In this document: one piece after another, positions 25,491-38,976 of the stretch | Position numbering within the stretch: the stretch's first letter is position 1 | Layout of the letters: every line of letters starts with the position of its first letter | Origin: Phoronis australis | Taxonomy: Eukaryota; Animalia; Phoronida | Direction of reading: 5' to 3' | Assembly: GCA_002633005.1 (NCBI GenBank) | Contig: NMRA01000184.1 | Span: forward strand, 691,407-755,406 | DNA: 64,000 nt | The notes under the pieces: model-generated | What the model was told of the DNA's origin: nothing | Database searches by the model: none | The model's input: only the letters and a program-made list of their open reading frames with translations | Program-made: the position numbers and the translations under genes

Positions 25491-26890
25491 TAGTCTAATC
25501 AGACTAGCTTCCGATAAGCTGTTTTTGGTAAGTCGTCAGCACTCAGTTAATGCACTGTTTGGCTCCATTGGTTAGACCCATGTGTGTTTTATCGCTATTG
25601 GATATTTCAATTGGCTAAATACATCTCGTATCGATGTGTGCAAACAGGACCTTGAGCTTGTTGGCACTCACCATTGAGAGAAGTTAGATAGGAGACAAGT
25701 ACGCCAGTACACCGTCGTACTACAAGGAAGATAAGGAAGGAGTCCTTTACTAAGCGCGTAACTGTGTTACATGGTTTTGACAGCATTGACCTTAATCTTA
25801 AATTAATGTGGGTGAGGTCCCTGGGAGTGGAACAGGTCGGTTCGTTATTAATTACTCTGGAAGAGTATTTTCGTTATCACCATGTAACTTTGTGTCTGGG
25901 GGGTTTCACTATACCCAAACAAGTATCGGAAATTTCAGATGGTAAGCTCCGGGATGAACACGCATATTTGGAAAATTGTATTTTTACATTCTTGGAACAC
26001 CAAATTTAAGTCCGATATACTTTCGGAAGCGGAGAACCTATAAACGGATGTTGCGTTATAAAAAGATAAAGAATAGTTCTAAAGCGTCATCAAAAACAGT
26101 TTGTAAAACTACTGACTGGCCTGAATAAATGGTTGTTTGACTGACATACATGGACACTGTACATTTTGGAAAAGTCCACAAACACTGAGAAATTTTAATT
26201 GTTTGCGGAAATTCCAGGTACTTTTCGCTATTCCTTAAACGGGACAATGTGTTTTTTTTAACTGGCAAATGTGCAAATTGTCAATTAGGAAGCAGTGATG
26301 AAATTTGAAGCTCCTTGACGGTTTTAAACAAAACTGGTTGCGGTAACATTTTTAAATAATCGAAAAATTGAACTTGGAAATCAGGTATTCAGAAAACGAA
26401 ACGTTTGACCTCGCGCATGAATATTACCTTTTCATTGACAATGCTAGGCATGACGTTCCTTCACAGCCCCTTCTCGTGACCATGAGAGTGGCGCTGCAAA
26501 TATCAACGCCATACATTTAAGCTCAAGCGAAAACAATTCATGGAAGACAATTTTATTAATGACTCAGTTCATGACAGACATTCAGGTAAACACAGATCAA
26601 CACAACGGTCTAGCCTTCATGGCAAACATTCCGAGTGACTGACTCTGTGTCGTAGCAAGGGGGTTCAGTTGCCTCCGGGTGCCTGCCGAAGGGTGGGGGG
26701 TGCTAAACAGGTGTCGTCCAAGGGGGCACCAGGCATGTTTTGGGGGGTTACACAGCTACCAACCGGGGATGGGAGGTGTCGACGGGGGGCAAGGAAGTAA
26801 CCGCTACGCCACTGGACTACTGTCATTTCTCCTCAACTACAAACTACGATTAACTACGATAAAATATATTATACATGTATAAGGCGAGCA

Positions 26891-27200
26891 CTAGGAAAGC
26901 AAAGTTGTGACGCTTGAAGTCAAAGGTTTCGGGTGGTACCGCCCATTCTGAGCCTGTGCAAACTGAGCCAATATCCACCGTGAAATGTTGAAGTCAATAC
27001 CCCGTTCGGACTTTCTTCTGAAAAGTCTTGGGTGTTCAGGGTACAGACACTTCCGCTTGTGTGAAAACCGGGACCAAATTCTGTTCGGTGAACATTGCAT
27101 GATTTGACTCCACGACTGGTCCTGCTCAGTCACAAATATACCTATCCTGGTGAGTACGAGTTCATACTCTGCCAATGGCCTTGGTTTATGCGGTACTTTA
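26891..27200 (-). pseudogene. Possible fragment of a DNA-transposon protein N-terminus
   Basis: EYELVLTRIGIF...CLYPEH...ERGIDFNIS resembles Cys/His N-termini of invertebrate transposon proteins; family not established. Confidence 0.25.
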
Positions 27201-28344
27201 CACCATCTTAAGAGTGTCTTTAGTATGACTGTCTAAAGCCAAAAAGCTTTTCTGATAGCACTCTCTAAACGGACAGATATCGTCTTTGTTCTTCATTTTG
27301 TCTTTAAGAACATGACAAGCCTCAAAACCAGACTTGACATATAGCAATTCTTAAAAATTCAAACTTCATCGGGATTTATTTCCATTTATTTTACCTGCAC
27401 TTGCCATATAAATGATAATGGAATAAAACAAGAGGGTTATATGTACAATTTTTCATTTATCCTCAAACCTAATGTCAGCTGACTCACTGGGCAAAGGTCG
27501 TATGGTTCAGGTTTGATACCGATCGCGTAATTCATGCAGAAAACAATTTGTTTTCATTGCAAAGCCCTTGGACTTGACTTTTATAACAATTTAAAGCAGG
27601 TTTCTTCAATTTTAATTCAATTTGTCTGTAAACTATTCTCATCATTTCCAAAAAAATTACATAAAGCTACAAGGTGCAACATGGCAGTAAGAGCGTCACA
27701 GAAACGGCCACTAATATTGTCTCCCCTGCATAGCCAAATAATCATTTATAGTATATATTGCTTATCCCAACTTTTAATCTATTTTTTTACTTATTTTCGT
27801 TGCTGAAAACGTACAATTTTGGATTCGGCTAATATGACCAATAGCGGTCTAGTGCTCCAGCGGCGAAATTAGGGGTCATTGAGTGCATAAAAAGGCAATT
27901 AGATTTTTGTGCAAAAATAAAATTGTTTTAAATTTTGACCTATAGACTGATTTTTGAAAATCTACTGTTTTTATATGGACTGCCTCTTTTAAGTCTTTGA
28001 AACAACTGAGAGGCACCGTCAGGCTCCTGGTAAAGGAGGCTATGCATATACGGTTCAACCATGCTGAGCGCTATCTCAATAGAAACAGTGCTTCATTTGA
28101 GCTCCCACTGTTTTGATATCTAGTCTCAAGTAATTTTGACGTGTACCTGTACAGTCTGTTCTCCACCTGTCACCTGACTGGAATATTGTAAACTTTTGTT
28201 TTCTATCTTGTAAACAATAAACCGAAACGTCGATCGTTGTTTTCATATGCGCTGATTTTAAATTTCGTACTTATTCTAGTTGCTTTACTTGAACTCTCAG
28301 TTTCAATTGAAGATCCAAAGTAGTTTGGGCACATATTTATATGT

Positions 28345-29420
28345 GGACTCATTATGCCGTCACCCCGTCCGTCAGTCCGTCCGTCTGTCCGTCCGTCCGT
28401 CCGGCGCCCGGCACAAGCTGCTCCATTTCCAAAACCCTTTGACGTAGGTTCATGAAATTTTGCACGTGTTCCTTTCCTGGATGGGACGGCATGAGCGAAC
28501 TTTGACTACTGGTGTGCTCCTTAGTGGCAATTTTATCTTCAAAGTACTCAACGTAGTTTCATAAAATTTGGTATATAGGCATTCATTACTGAGATGACGC
28601 TATCCTCCCGTTTTCCGATAGATTTGTCGAAGTTTGCGCCACCTAGTGGCAATTTTTACTGTTTTCGACTCTCGTTTTTGTGGCGTCTATCTTCTATAAA
28701 CCAAACCGCTCTAAGGATGATTGTGAAAATTGCTATGTATGTTCTTAATATGAAGAGGACAGCTGACGATGTTTTTCCGACGAATTCGACTACTGTGGCG
28801 CCTCCTAGTGTCAGTTTTGATTTTTTTTGCGCCCATGGCTGTATCTCCTAAACCGTTTGCAGGATTTTTACTAAATTTAGCAATTGCATTTATATGACGT
28901 TTACAACAGACAACGAAGACTTTCGTACCGATCTTACTACCGGTATGCCTCATAGTGACAATTTTAGTTTTTTACTGTTACCTCTGTGTCTTCAAAGGTC
29001 ATCAATAGATTTTCATAAAATTCTGAATATAGGCATTTATTGGTGAGATGACGCTATACTCCCGTTTTTGGATGGTGTTTTGCTCCACCTAGTCGGCATT
29101 TTGTTGTTTTTGAGTCTGTTTTTTGATGTCCATCTCTCTATCAACCAAATCGTTCTCAACATACTTTTGAAAATTGGCATATATGTTCTCAGTGTGAAGG
29201 TGACGATTGACGATGGCGACTTCGACTACTTTGGCTCCTCCTAGTGGTAGTTTTGTTTTGTTTTGCCCCCATATCTGTATCTGCTAAACCCACGGAACGA
29301 TATTTATTAAATTTAGTAAGTGTATTTATATGAAGCTAACAACAGACGACGACAACTTTCAGACGGATTCAACGAATGCTGAGCATCCTAGTGGTAATGT
29401 CATTTTTCCGTCTTTGTTTC
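28345..29420 (+). mobile_element. Helentron-associated (HINE/DINE-1-like) element: (GTCC)n microsatellite followed by ~145-bp tandem repeats
   Basis: (CCGT)n ~28365-28402; TAGT-anchored units at ~28522, 28645, 28806, 28953, 29090, 29241, 29389. Confidence 0.6.
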
Positions 29421-29444
29421 TCTGAAGTTCTACCTTTTCATTAA

Positions 29445-30385
29445 AGTGTACACAACATGACTCTAGTACCTCAAAATAAATTTTATTATTGTATCTTACT
29501 TGATTTCAGTACCTTTAGTGCACAGCTCATAATGAAAAACCCAAAAATTGAAAAAATAATAATTATGTACAACGTCATGGGTTGAACCCAAGTCGTTCTC
29601 CATAGTGTTCGGAACAGAGACAAAGTGTATAGAGTGAAGTGAAAGTAAAGTACATTTAGCGTCGAGAAGGTTCGTAGAGGGATCAAAAGATCTGTTGCCG
29701 GAGGCTGCAGCAACAGCAGCCAGGCGGAGAACGTCTCGGTGTTCCGAAGGACACCAAAGTTGCGCAGAAGTGGCATCGCTTCGTGCGCCGAACGAGAGTG
29801 TGGGACCTCATCGTGGACCAAGCGATTCGATCCGGGGCCACTCTGCATTTTGCCCACTTTGAGGACTCGTGTTTCGACTCCAGGTCACAGGAGATGTTAC
29901 GATGATGGCCTGGTTCAATAAAGGACAATATTTATCATTCAGAAACATCGGCTCTTAATTCAGAATCGTCTGTTGGATGTCTGGGTTGACTCGCCGAGCC
30001 CGAGGCCGCTTCTCTCGCGGGAGGATCCAGTTCGTAAGGCTCAAAGTAGAAAAGTAAGCAGCCGGAAGCACATCAAACTTGTTCTCGCTTTCGTGCAACC
30101 CCATTTCCTCATCCTGGCCACCATTCCCGTACGTTTCTTCATAGTATTCATTCAATTCTTGCTCATAATCGTCTCCACTATTGTTCAATGCTAGTCACTG
30201 ATCTCTTGTGTTCAACCCATGACGTCACATGGCGGGAAATGTGAAAATTGTCAAAATTGAAAGAAAAATCAAAATTTCGAGCTAATTACACAAAATAAAC
30301 ATGGGTTTAGCTAAATTTTACGTCATACATTTAGTCTGTGGCCACCGGTAATTCAAAATGTGCAAAAATCCATGGTGTGTACTGT
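29445..30385. mobile_element. Internally deleted Kolobok-type DNA transposon (family A)
   Basis: TTAA on both sides (29441, 30386); imperfect TIRs AGTGTACACAACATG / CATGGTGTGTACTGT; subterminal IR 29572/30226; degenerate THAP on + (SVAGGCSN...PKDTKVAQKWHRFVRRTR...AHFEDSCF, ~29688-29878); acidic ORF on - (30188). Confidence 0.75.
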
Positions 30386-32375
30386 TTAAAGAAGCAATGG
30401 CATGTTCCAGTTTTCGGATGGATTCGACGTTTTTGCACCATTTAGGGGTCATTTTTATGATACAAATGAACAACCCTAGAAGCACACGTTTGCGGTGCGT
30501 TCGTGGGCACATTTCAGCGCTCCGCATTGCTTTTGTACTGAATCTAGAATGCACTCTACATTCAGAGTGAGTTGTTATTACGCTGTTAGCTTGCTCATGC
30601 GCACCTTAATGCTATGGGCCCTCGCTTGAGACTGTATATTTTTCAGATAAACAGAGTAACGATACGAGATTACTGCAGACTTCTGAAAGACCCGTTCATT
30701 CTTGTGGCGCTTGGTTTCGGGTTTGTGCAGCATTTTGACCTGGGAATCTTCTTGGCAACGGGCCCCGCTTGGATGCTGTTTACTTTGAAGGCAGAGCAGT
30801 AGGAAATTGGAGAGGCTTAAATCTGAGAGAACAGTTGTGGGCGAGAAGACGAAAAGCATTGATCGTATTTGTGATTAGTAAAATTTTGGTGGATCTTAAT
30901 GAAGGCAAAATGGTTTAACAACAAGTTTTTAGAATGACCGAGAAGACTGAAAAGACGTCGAATCGTCTAATTATCTCTTGCAAATTTTGTTTTTAGGGCT
31001 TAGAACTGCATAATCCTGTATGTAATAAAATGTTGGCCTCTGAGTCATTATGGTCTTTGCAGACCAAGCCTCGGTCACATTCTGAATCTAAACACGACAT
31101 ACGGTATTTTAATACCTCGGTGAAAGTCACTATTATTGTGTATCAATGCAATTCGTTCCACCACCACTTGAGTTTGCACAACTCGGCGAAAATGCACAGC
31201 TCCGACAGATTGTCAAACAGACTGCAGTACATTCCAAAAATTAGCATTTGTACATAATGTTTGCATTTTTACTTTTGCAACGGGGTTCCAACAGCTACAT
31301 GCCACATGAAATTAATTGTAACTATCTATGCTTTTTATTTAGGAAATTACGATGAGCCAAAACATAATAACAAAGTAAACGACAACAATAAAATTCTTAT
31401 TACTCATAAACTAATCATTCACCATTTCAAATCTACATGATCCTCTCAACTATAGTCTGTATCGTCATAGCATCTCTGTGGTTATTCCCGTTGTTTTCAC
31501 TCGAGATCAAATCTATAGCACTCGTAGACTAGATTTTCCCTCATCTTCGATACATATTTAGGTAAAGTTAAAGTTAACTTCGGAAAACGATTCTTTTAGA
31601 ACAAAGCTGGTAATCAATCGGATACTCTTGATCTTCACATTTATCTTTGTTACAGGCTAAACCAGTTTTAGGCGTGTTTTATGATATTAATGTTGACAAG
31701 TTGTTATCATTTCTTTTTTTATTTCCTATTTCTTCTTTTCTTTTTTAATTCTGATATTTAGATTTATGTTTATACATGTTTATATTTCTTTTTCAATGTG
31801 TATGTGTTAAGCTTGTAGTTTTTATCCAGTGTACTAAATATTTATATCACTAGGGATATTTTGCCGCGCATAAATTCCTCGTGGGTTTAAATGCCTTTGC
31901 AGAATCAATCGCCTTCTTAAATTCTTACTCAACTTGTGAATACATTTGAAGTACTTTAACCTTGAGGATCCAATACACCCACCTTGTTTCAGAAAGTGTC
32001 TTTTGATCTAATCTATTGAACGTTATCAAAAGTGATTTCTCGGCTTGGGAATTCAGAAATAGCAGTTCATTGTTTGTTGCTTCAGAACGAGCTCACCAGA
32101 CAGTTTATGCGCCTAACGCAATATGGAAAGAAGAGGCTAGTTCCTTGACGGAGCGCTAGATGGAGTTAATTTTACATTTTCGGGAGCGGTGTTGGCTTCT
32201 GCAGTGGTGTTTCACTTGCTGGCAAGTCTAGTGACAGGCTGGTTTGCTTTGCGGATCGGAAGATGGATTTTCTGCATGGGTGGACTGCTCCTGTTCGGCA
32301 CGGGCATGATTTTAGTAAGTGACGAAACTGGGTCATCCTAGTACTATAGCGCCTGCCTTGGAATTCATTCATTAA

Positions 32376-34088
32376 AGGAGAATGCCACCCAAAAAACAAC
32401 CTGTTTTATATCAGTTTAGACCGAGTAGTTCTACTCGACAACTGCACGTTCGGTTGCGTTACCTGACTCCTGAGGGCAGACGGAGGTGTTGAAATTATCC
32501 AATGACGTCATTGGTTTCACACGCAGTCTGTTCAGAAGTTCACAACACGGGTTTTTCACTTGAATTCATCGTTTAACACCAATAAATCACCAAACTTCGA
32601 TGCAAAACCCTTAAAGATACACCGAGCTAAAAACGTGTTGTTTTATTTCGCTATTACGGATTTATTCATTTGGTATTTGGACACACCGTAGCCTACAAAG
32701 GTCGGCAAGCCAATTTACCAAGGTCCGTAGCAGGAGTTTGGGGTCTGTTCGGAGATAAATTCGAAGTATTATTCCGTGAAATACAGACAAGAGAACCTAG
32801 ATCTGTGTTGTTTAGACTTGTGATTTTTTGAGTTCTAAACACACAAACCGCTTGTTATCCCGGCCAGTGGCTCGGAACCCGATCAGGCCCGTCGCGGCCG
32901 GACTGACTCGTTATCCCGCCTGGGCCTGAGTGGCTCGGAACCCTATCAGGCCCGTCGCGGCCGCCGGGACTGGCACGAACATAAACCAGCTTGAGTTGGA
33001 AACTAAGCCTCCAGTCACAAAAAGACTATAATAGTGAGCCAAAGAAATAATGTGCATGTATCTATTTTTGTTAATTGGCCACGAAAATCTACTTACTTGC
33101 CGGGGGCCGCGATGTCGGGTTTCCCTTCCACAGACCGTCAAGGCAAAGGTTGTACAGTAACAATGATTTGAATAATGTATTTGTATTTCTAAATAAAGAT
33201 TCCCCTAACATGTGACCATAGCATATAAAATCGAGTAATTGTTTCACAACAGCTTTCTGTCAGCAAACACTGAATTAACATGCGCTCAGACGGCCTCGGT
33301 GCCCGGTCAATTACCTTTGTTGCCGGCATCAAAAGCCGGTAACGCAGTGGTTTATTCATTGCTGGCTTCTCAAAACATTTGCACTCACGAGCACTCCAAG
33401 GCATTACCAATTGTATCTAATGAGACAGACTTTGTTTCAGTTTTATATAAGCATTGGTTAGGATGAGAATAATACATTTTGAAACAAAACGCAGAATAAT
33501 AAACGTTTACTAATAAACGGCAACTCGCCCCGCGCCAATCCCGACTTAGTCAAGAGCTCAGGCGACGAAGACTTCACGGGTCGGATCGTTAGTTTTCACA
33601 GGCTATCAGTTCGAACCGGATTACACTGATCAAGAAATATACAGAAGCGCCGTGAACATGCACAGGCAACGAAACGTATTGATAGTTCTTTGGTAAGCCG
33701 AAATTCGTAAGAGAAATCACTGTCGACGAAATGCCGGCCTCAGACACGGAGATGTTTCACGGCCTCATACTTGCTATTAACAGCCTATCTTTCATTCTTC
33801 ACTACCGCGAGCCACTTCCTAAGCATTTTGGACTCTCGAGGAAGACGAAAAAACGATATAATCGCTTTCTTCGCAGCTTCATAGTTCGGACAGGCGGGAA
33901 CGATGCACTGCAATATAGCGGCATTCACTCAACAGACGAACCACTGACGTCGCTGCGTCGTTTCTCACCTTCCTCACAGGTTAACGTGACACCTCTAGGC
34001 AAGGTGAGGTCGACTGTATAAGAGGAGATGTGGATATAGACCGATTAAGACGGTAAAAAAGACTAATTAAATCGGGTGACATTCTCCT
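32376..34088. mobile_element. Complete non-autonomous Kolobok (KolobokP-like) element (family B)
   Basis: TTAA TSD (32372, 34089); 15-bp TIRs AGGAGAATGCCACCC / GGGTGACATTCTCCT; THAP on - from 33924 (CIVPACPN..SFFRLP..LRKWL..LRV*GRHFVDSDF); KolX-like start on + (SGDEDF..GYQFEPDYTDQE ~33560-33635); internal ~55-bp tandem repeat 32854-32971. Confidence 0.85.
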
Positions 34089-34145
34089 TTAATGTCTGCG
34101 CGCGCAACGTCTTGTTGTTCATGATGTACATGAGTCCATGTGAGC

Positions 34146-34157
34146 GAAAACGAAACT
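34146..34157 (+). promoter_or_regulatory. IRF-E/ISRE-like motif upstream of TPR-TIR paralog 1
   Basis: GAAAACGAAACT matches GAAANNGAAA. Confidence 0.35.
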
Positions 34158-35560
34158 TTCCAAGATGTGGGAGGGAATGAAATGAGTGTCACCCTAGAGA
34201 ATCTCGCGAAAACGGCAAGAACAAGCCACCTATTACAGGTGAAGTACGTGATTCCACTAACGGCCTTTGCGAGATTCTTGCGTCTACGAAACTCTACAGT
34301 GAAGGTACTTTTAAGTTGTCGGGGCGCAGGGGACAAATGTAGAATTAAAATAAGTTTACACCTGCGCTAAATGGAGGCATGCATCCATAAAAAACGAAGA
34401 CGACACTGTCAGAACATACGTTTATTGGCGAGTATAAAAGTTTTGTTAAAGGGTTGAATAGAAGACTAGTTGACTATTTTGCGTGAGCAGCGTATCCATA
34501 GAGCGAATGAACATATTACCCAAACAAAACAACACGTGTATTGTTTTCTTACTCACCTTATTGATTATCTGATTCTTTTGTAGTGTTAAGCTTTTTTCAC
34601 AACAGCAACCAGTAGGACCTATAAAACATTGTGCGTAGTTTTATTTCGGAAGCTTTTGATATTCGTTTGATTTCCAAGAACGCCGTGGTAGGTGGAATTA
34701 ACCATGTGTTACATTTGAGAGTATTTCTCTCCGTGTTGGTTACAAGTCTGTCCATGAACCTTGAGCTCGAATTCTGCTGACGCGATTTGGTCAGACAGAT
34801 ATGATGTTTACCAACTAAGCTCAAATTAGCTATGTCAGTCACTTCATCTTTGAGTTTTCATAAGTTTTTTAATTTCAGCGGCGGATTGAATCAATTACTT
34901 GGTCGTGCATTTAATATCATCTTCAATCTCCCAAGTCCCAGTCCCGGGCCGCCAAACACCAAACCCGCATTATCAATTCTATACTTGAGCCCTTAATCTA
35001 AACTTACGCTCCACACCCGAAGACCACGCAAAATGTTCTTTTCAGTAGATCACACTGAACAGTTCGCACAGTATCGCTCAACTAATCTCTACGCTAGTGA
35101 GATCCATTAAAAGGGGGTCTTAATTCTCTGGCGGATGTCCTAGTGGGGGCAAATATCCCCGTGATCCCTAAAAACCACAAGCCGATGGAGCATTCGTTGG
35201 CAGGCATCCTTACTCAGATAAGGAGTGACTTTTGGCTTTACAAAGAACTGACAGTTCGTTTTTTGTTTAAGACCTTACTTGACGAATGAGTGGGGGCTCC
35301 GTGACAACTCAACTTGTAGAACCTTGTCTCATGCAATAACGAACTTTCAGTTCTTTCTACGCTCAAAAATCGCATCTGTTGTGACCAAGAGACATTTTCA
35401 AACCATGGTCTAAATAAAAACTTTTTAGTGACGAAAGAGAGGTTTGAAGGGTTAAGAAGGTAGATTCCTCTGTTTGAACAATTCAGTTGTTCGGAAACCA
35501 CCGTTCATTGCCATCCATGTCTTAGACAGTGTTGTTTTTTGTAGGAATAACGTCGATACA

Positions 35561-37420
35561 ATGCCGAAACGGAAAGAGCCTGAAGAAAAGCAACGCCCAG
35601 AGTGTGTGTTTACCGCAAATTTTGCCCGAAACATTGATCACCGAGTATTGGAAAACCTAAAAGTACGTTGCGAATCGGAAAACAAAAATGAACCAAACTT
35701 CCGGTCTCATGCCACCATGCATATTCTTGGTTTTATTTACAAGAAGTGTCCTGGAAGTTCACGAAGTCCTCGAGACATGTATGAGGAAGTCTTACGCGGA
35801 GATGCGAACAACATTAACGCCCTCCTGAACTTGAAGCATATGAGTCAGACGACTTCTGAGCGTAGCTATTACGAAGAAAATTTGAAGAAGATTTACAATA
35901 GTGAAGAGAGGATGCGTAAGACTTGTATGGCGAGATATTTGTATGAGACTGCCGTCTTTATGCTCTTGCGGGAAGAGCCGTTTTTCGAAAAACGGTACAA
36001 ACAAATCATTGAAAAATTTGAAACTGCAATTAAGTTAGGTGAAAAATGTTCTGTGGACGGCCACGAACTTATCGAGTGGAAGTTTATGTTAGGACGAACC
36101 TATGTGCGCATCGACTCCATCTCCGGTAATCCAGAAGGGGATGAAAGCAAATGGTTGAGATCGTGTTTTAACACCTTATATGCAGTTGCTGTCCATGAAA
36201 TTGACCCTGGACGTTTGTCGGACAGCAGTAGCAAAAAAGATTTGCACATTAAAGGCAAGGCGTGGGTGTATTTGGGTGCAATGCTAATGCGTCGTTATCC
36301 AGAATCTTTGAAGCTATCGCAATTCGTGAAGTTCGCACAAGATCACCATAAAGATTTCAATGCTTCGAAATGCTTTGATACTGCACACAGTATTGCTCAC
36401 AATCCGACTATATTACGAAGATTAGGTCAAGCCTACACTAAAATGAATGACAGTCGAGCATATTATATTTTGATTCAGGCAATTGCCGCGGAACCAATCG
36501 GATACTCTTTCAATCTTCTTGGTCAGTGGTTTCTTAAAAATTACGAAACTGATAAAACAAGAAAAGAACATTTACGTGAAGCCATTAAAAACTTTGAAAA
36601 GGCCATTGCTGCCCACTGTGACCTGTTTGTACTATATATGTCTCTCGCCAAAGCGTATGAATATCATTGCGAAATCGACAAGGCAATCGTTGTGTTTGAA
36701 AAGTGTGAAGAAACGTTTGAGGGGCTCCGCAATGTCAAGTTGTACGAACTGTGGTCCCAGTTACTTGAGAAACATGGATATCATGAAGCAGCCAAAGAAA
36801 AACGTAAGCTCGCAGACGATATTAGACAGGGTAGAAATCCAAAACTGACCTTCGATGTTGGGGTTCTGTACTGCAAGAAAGATGACAGCCAAGTCGCCGA
36901 TTTCATTGAAACCCTTGAGCATGAAATCGACGTAAGTGTGTATTATCTATCTAGGGATACAATACCTGGGAGCAACGAAATCGAAGAGCTACTAAAAATG
37001 CAACAGATTTGTAAATATATCATCGTGTTTTCAACCGACAATTTTGGTAAGGACACTGAGAGCAACAAAGCACTATTAAGAATTGTAAAAGCAAGAGACA
37101 AGGATAAAAATTACACAATCATACCACTTCTTGTTGATGATGGGGAAGTCCCTCAGTGCTTGGAGGATGTTCGACCAATTGAATATCACAAAGAGCAACG
37201 TTTGTTCTGGTACCGACTTGGTCAGGCGCTTGAAAACCACGAAGAAGAGGAGAAGAGTTATTTTTTCGACAGAAGCTGGAGTTTAGGGAACAAAAGAACA
37301 TCGACCAGTTCACTGCAGCATTCGTGTGTCCTCGCTGTGGCATGCAGCGTCTTTGGAATTTTTGTGGGGTTAGTCATTTGTTGGGCGCAGATTTTTGAAG
37401 GAATAATTACTGACTTTTGA
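35561..37420 (+). CDS. TTC22/IFIT-like TPR - TIR - C-terminal TM protein, paralog 1
   Basis: Acceptor ttttttgtag 16 nt before ATG (MPKRK); TPR helices (NINALLNL, KAWVYLG, KCFDTA, AIKNFEKAI); TIR from ~36851 (FDVGVLY, RDTIPG, CKYIIVFSTDNF, IIPLL); TM CVLAVACSVFGIFVGLVICWA. Confidence 0.9.
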   Translation: MPKRKEPEEKQRPECVFTANFARNIDHRVLENLKVRCESENKNEPNFRSHATMHILGFIYKKCPGSSRSPRDMYEEVLRGDANNINALLNLKHMSQTTSERSYYEENLKKIYNSEERMRKTCMARYLYETAVFMLLREEPFFEKRYKQIIEKFETAIKLGEKCSVDGHELIEWKFMLGRTYVRIDSISGNPEGDESKWLRSCFNTLYAVAVHEIDPGRLSDSSSKKDLHIKGKAWVYLGAMLMRRYPESLKLSQFVKFAQDHHKDFNASKCFDTAHSIAHNPTILRRLGQAYTKMNDSRAYYILIQAIAAEPIGYSFNLLGQWFLKNYETDKTRKEHLREAIKNFEKAIAAHCDLFVLYMSLAKAYEYHCEIDKAIVVFEKCEETFEGLRNVKLYELWSQLLEKHGYHEAAKEKRKLADDIRQGRNPKLTFDVGVLYCKKDDSQVADFIETLEHEIDVSVYYLSRDTIPGSNEIEELLKMQQICKYIIVFSTDNFGKDTESNKALLRIVKARDKDKNYTIIPLLVDDGEVPQCLEDVRPIEYHKEQRLFWYRLGQALENHEEEEKSYFFDRSWSLGNKRTSTSSLQHSCVLAVACSVFGIFVGLVICWAQIFEGIITDF

Positions 37421-38722
37421 AGGCCAGGTGGGGATCGGCAACTAAACTTAGTTTTAAATACACAAACTTTTCTGTAATGACCTACATAATCTTTTATCCG
37501 AAATCTATTTTACGTACCGTGGCGAATGCGCTAGACATTAGAATGAGATTTCGAAAAAATCAAAACTGCTGTAAACTAACTTCTGTCAAAAAGCAATTAT
37601 GTGATTCATTGCAGGTGCCGTCATCAAACATGTCTCGACTTGTTCCTTACTCAGATAACTATAAACTATTGAAATCACTGACATAACAGATAATACGATT
37701 TGAGATCAGTACAACGGAATGAGATTTCTAAGTAAGAAAAATTATATGACCCGTGTTACTCATTTCTCAGCACTGTTTGGTAAATAACAGGAAATTGAAG
37801 ACAAACCAGACGCAAGATTTCGTCGGTATTTCGATGTATTATGAGCAATCGGTAACACTGATGACATCTTGTGTCTTATTTTTCTTCAAAATTACTATGA
37901 TCGAAAGCCAATGTGATTGATACCAATTCCATAAGCTGTATTTGAGCTGCTGTGTTGCCTGAGTGGGCGGCTGCTGGTTAGCCTTGGATTGTTTGACTAA
38001 TTTTAGGATAAATTATCAAGTATAGGTTGATATTTTGAATTTCCTCAAACTGTTCGACGTACACGAACACGGTTATATAAAACTGCAAAAAATTGTTGTC
38101 CCCGGATTACTAAGTTTGATTGTTGGATAACAACAAAAATTACTAAAGTATAATCTGGACTCTAGATCCAGATCTTAAATTTCATCCCAGGGACATCAGT
38201 TATATTCTGACCGGTTGCATCGCTGAGATATTAAAATGCCCACCATTTTAGGGAGTTAGCAACATGATGAAACCTACCGTTTTCATTGAGTCATCTTGTG
38301 CCCATTCTTCAATGGAATTGAGTGTCTGCCTACAAAATGGTAATTCATTGAATTGAAGTGGAATAAACCCCTTCAGACTGTATCCTTTTTGAACGCAACG
38401 AACTTTGTAAAATGTGAAACTATTCTGTATAGTCAAGCTGTTGTAAACATCCAATATATTTTAGAGCGGTTCCAACAATTCAGCAACTAATTTAATCGTA
38501 AAAAGGCATTGATATGGAATCGGGTAGCGGAAAAGTTAGCCATCTGAGCGACACGTATCCCTATGCAAATGTACCCAGGACTTTACTTCGGGTATCAGCG
38601 AACAGTAATAGTTTCCCTTGGATAACTAGTATTACGCATTTTACATATTCGAGATAGCGACCAGGCACGACATACAAATATTAACACCCCCTCTTCAACT
38701 ATATATGACTAAACAGAGATGC

Positions 38723-38976
38723 GAAAGTGAAACCAGTTTCATTATTAATACTGAGATCCTTGAGCACTGAACGCACACAGGCAAACAAATCAGCGATCAG
38801 TCCGGGAAAACAAACCAGAGTAAGCACAGGGTGTCGAGTGGACCTCATCTGTTTCGCGCGACCTACAGGTGTACATCTGGTGATTGATCAGGTAAGGTAT
38901 AGCCAAAAGGTTATCACGTTGAACAGTAATGATGTTACATTTCTCTCTCGTCATAGCAACGTTTAGGGAAAGTCCC
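38723..38976 (+). promoter_or_regulatory. Candidate inducible promoter / non-coding exon 1 of paralog 2
   Basis: IRF site GAAAGTGAAACC at 38723; strong donor CAG|GTAAGG at 38892; NF-kB site GGGAAAGTCCC at 38966 (reverse complement contains GGGACTTTCC). Confidence 0.55.

Noticed and set aside
35474-35560. Longer N-termini in the ORF track for the TPR-TIR genes (35474, 44968, 58336) and DUF885 (22990)
   Set aside because: They use non-ATG starts, and the TPR-TIR extensions run through intron acceptors and are not conserved between paralogs; the conserved start is MPKR.
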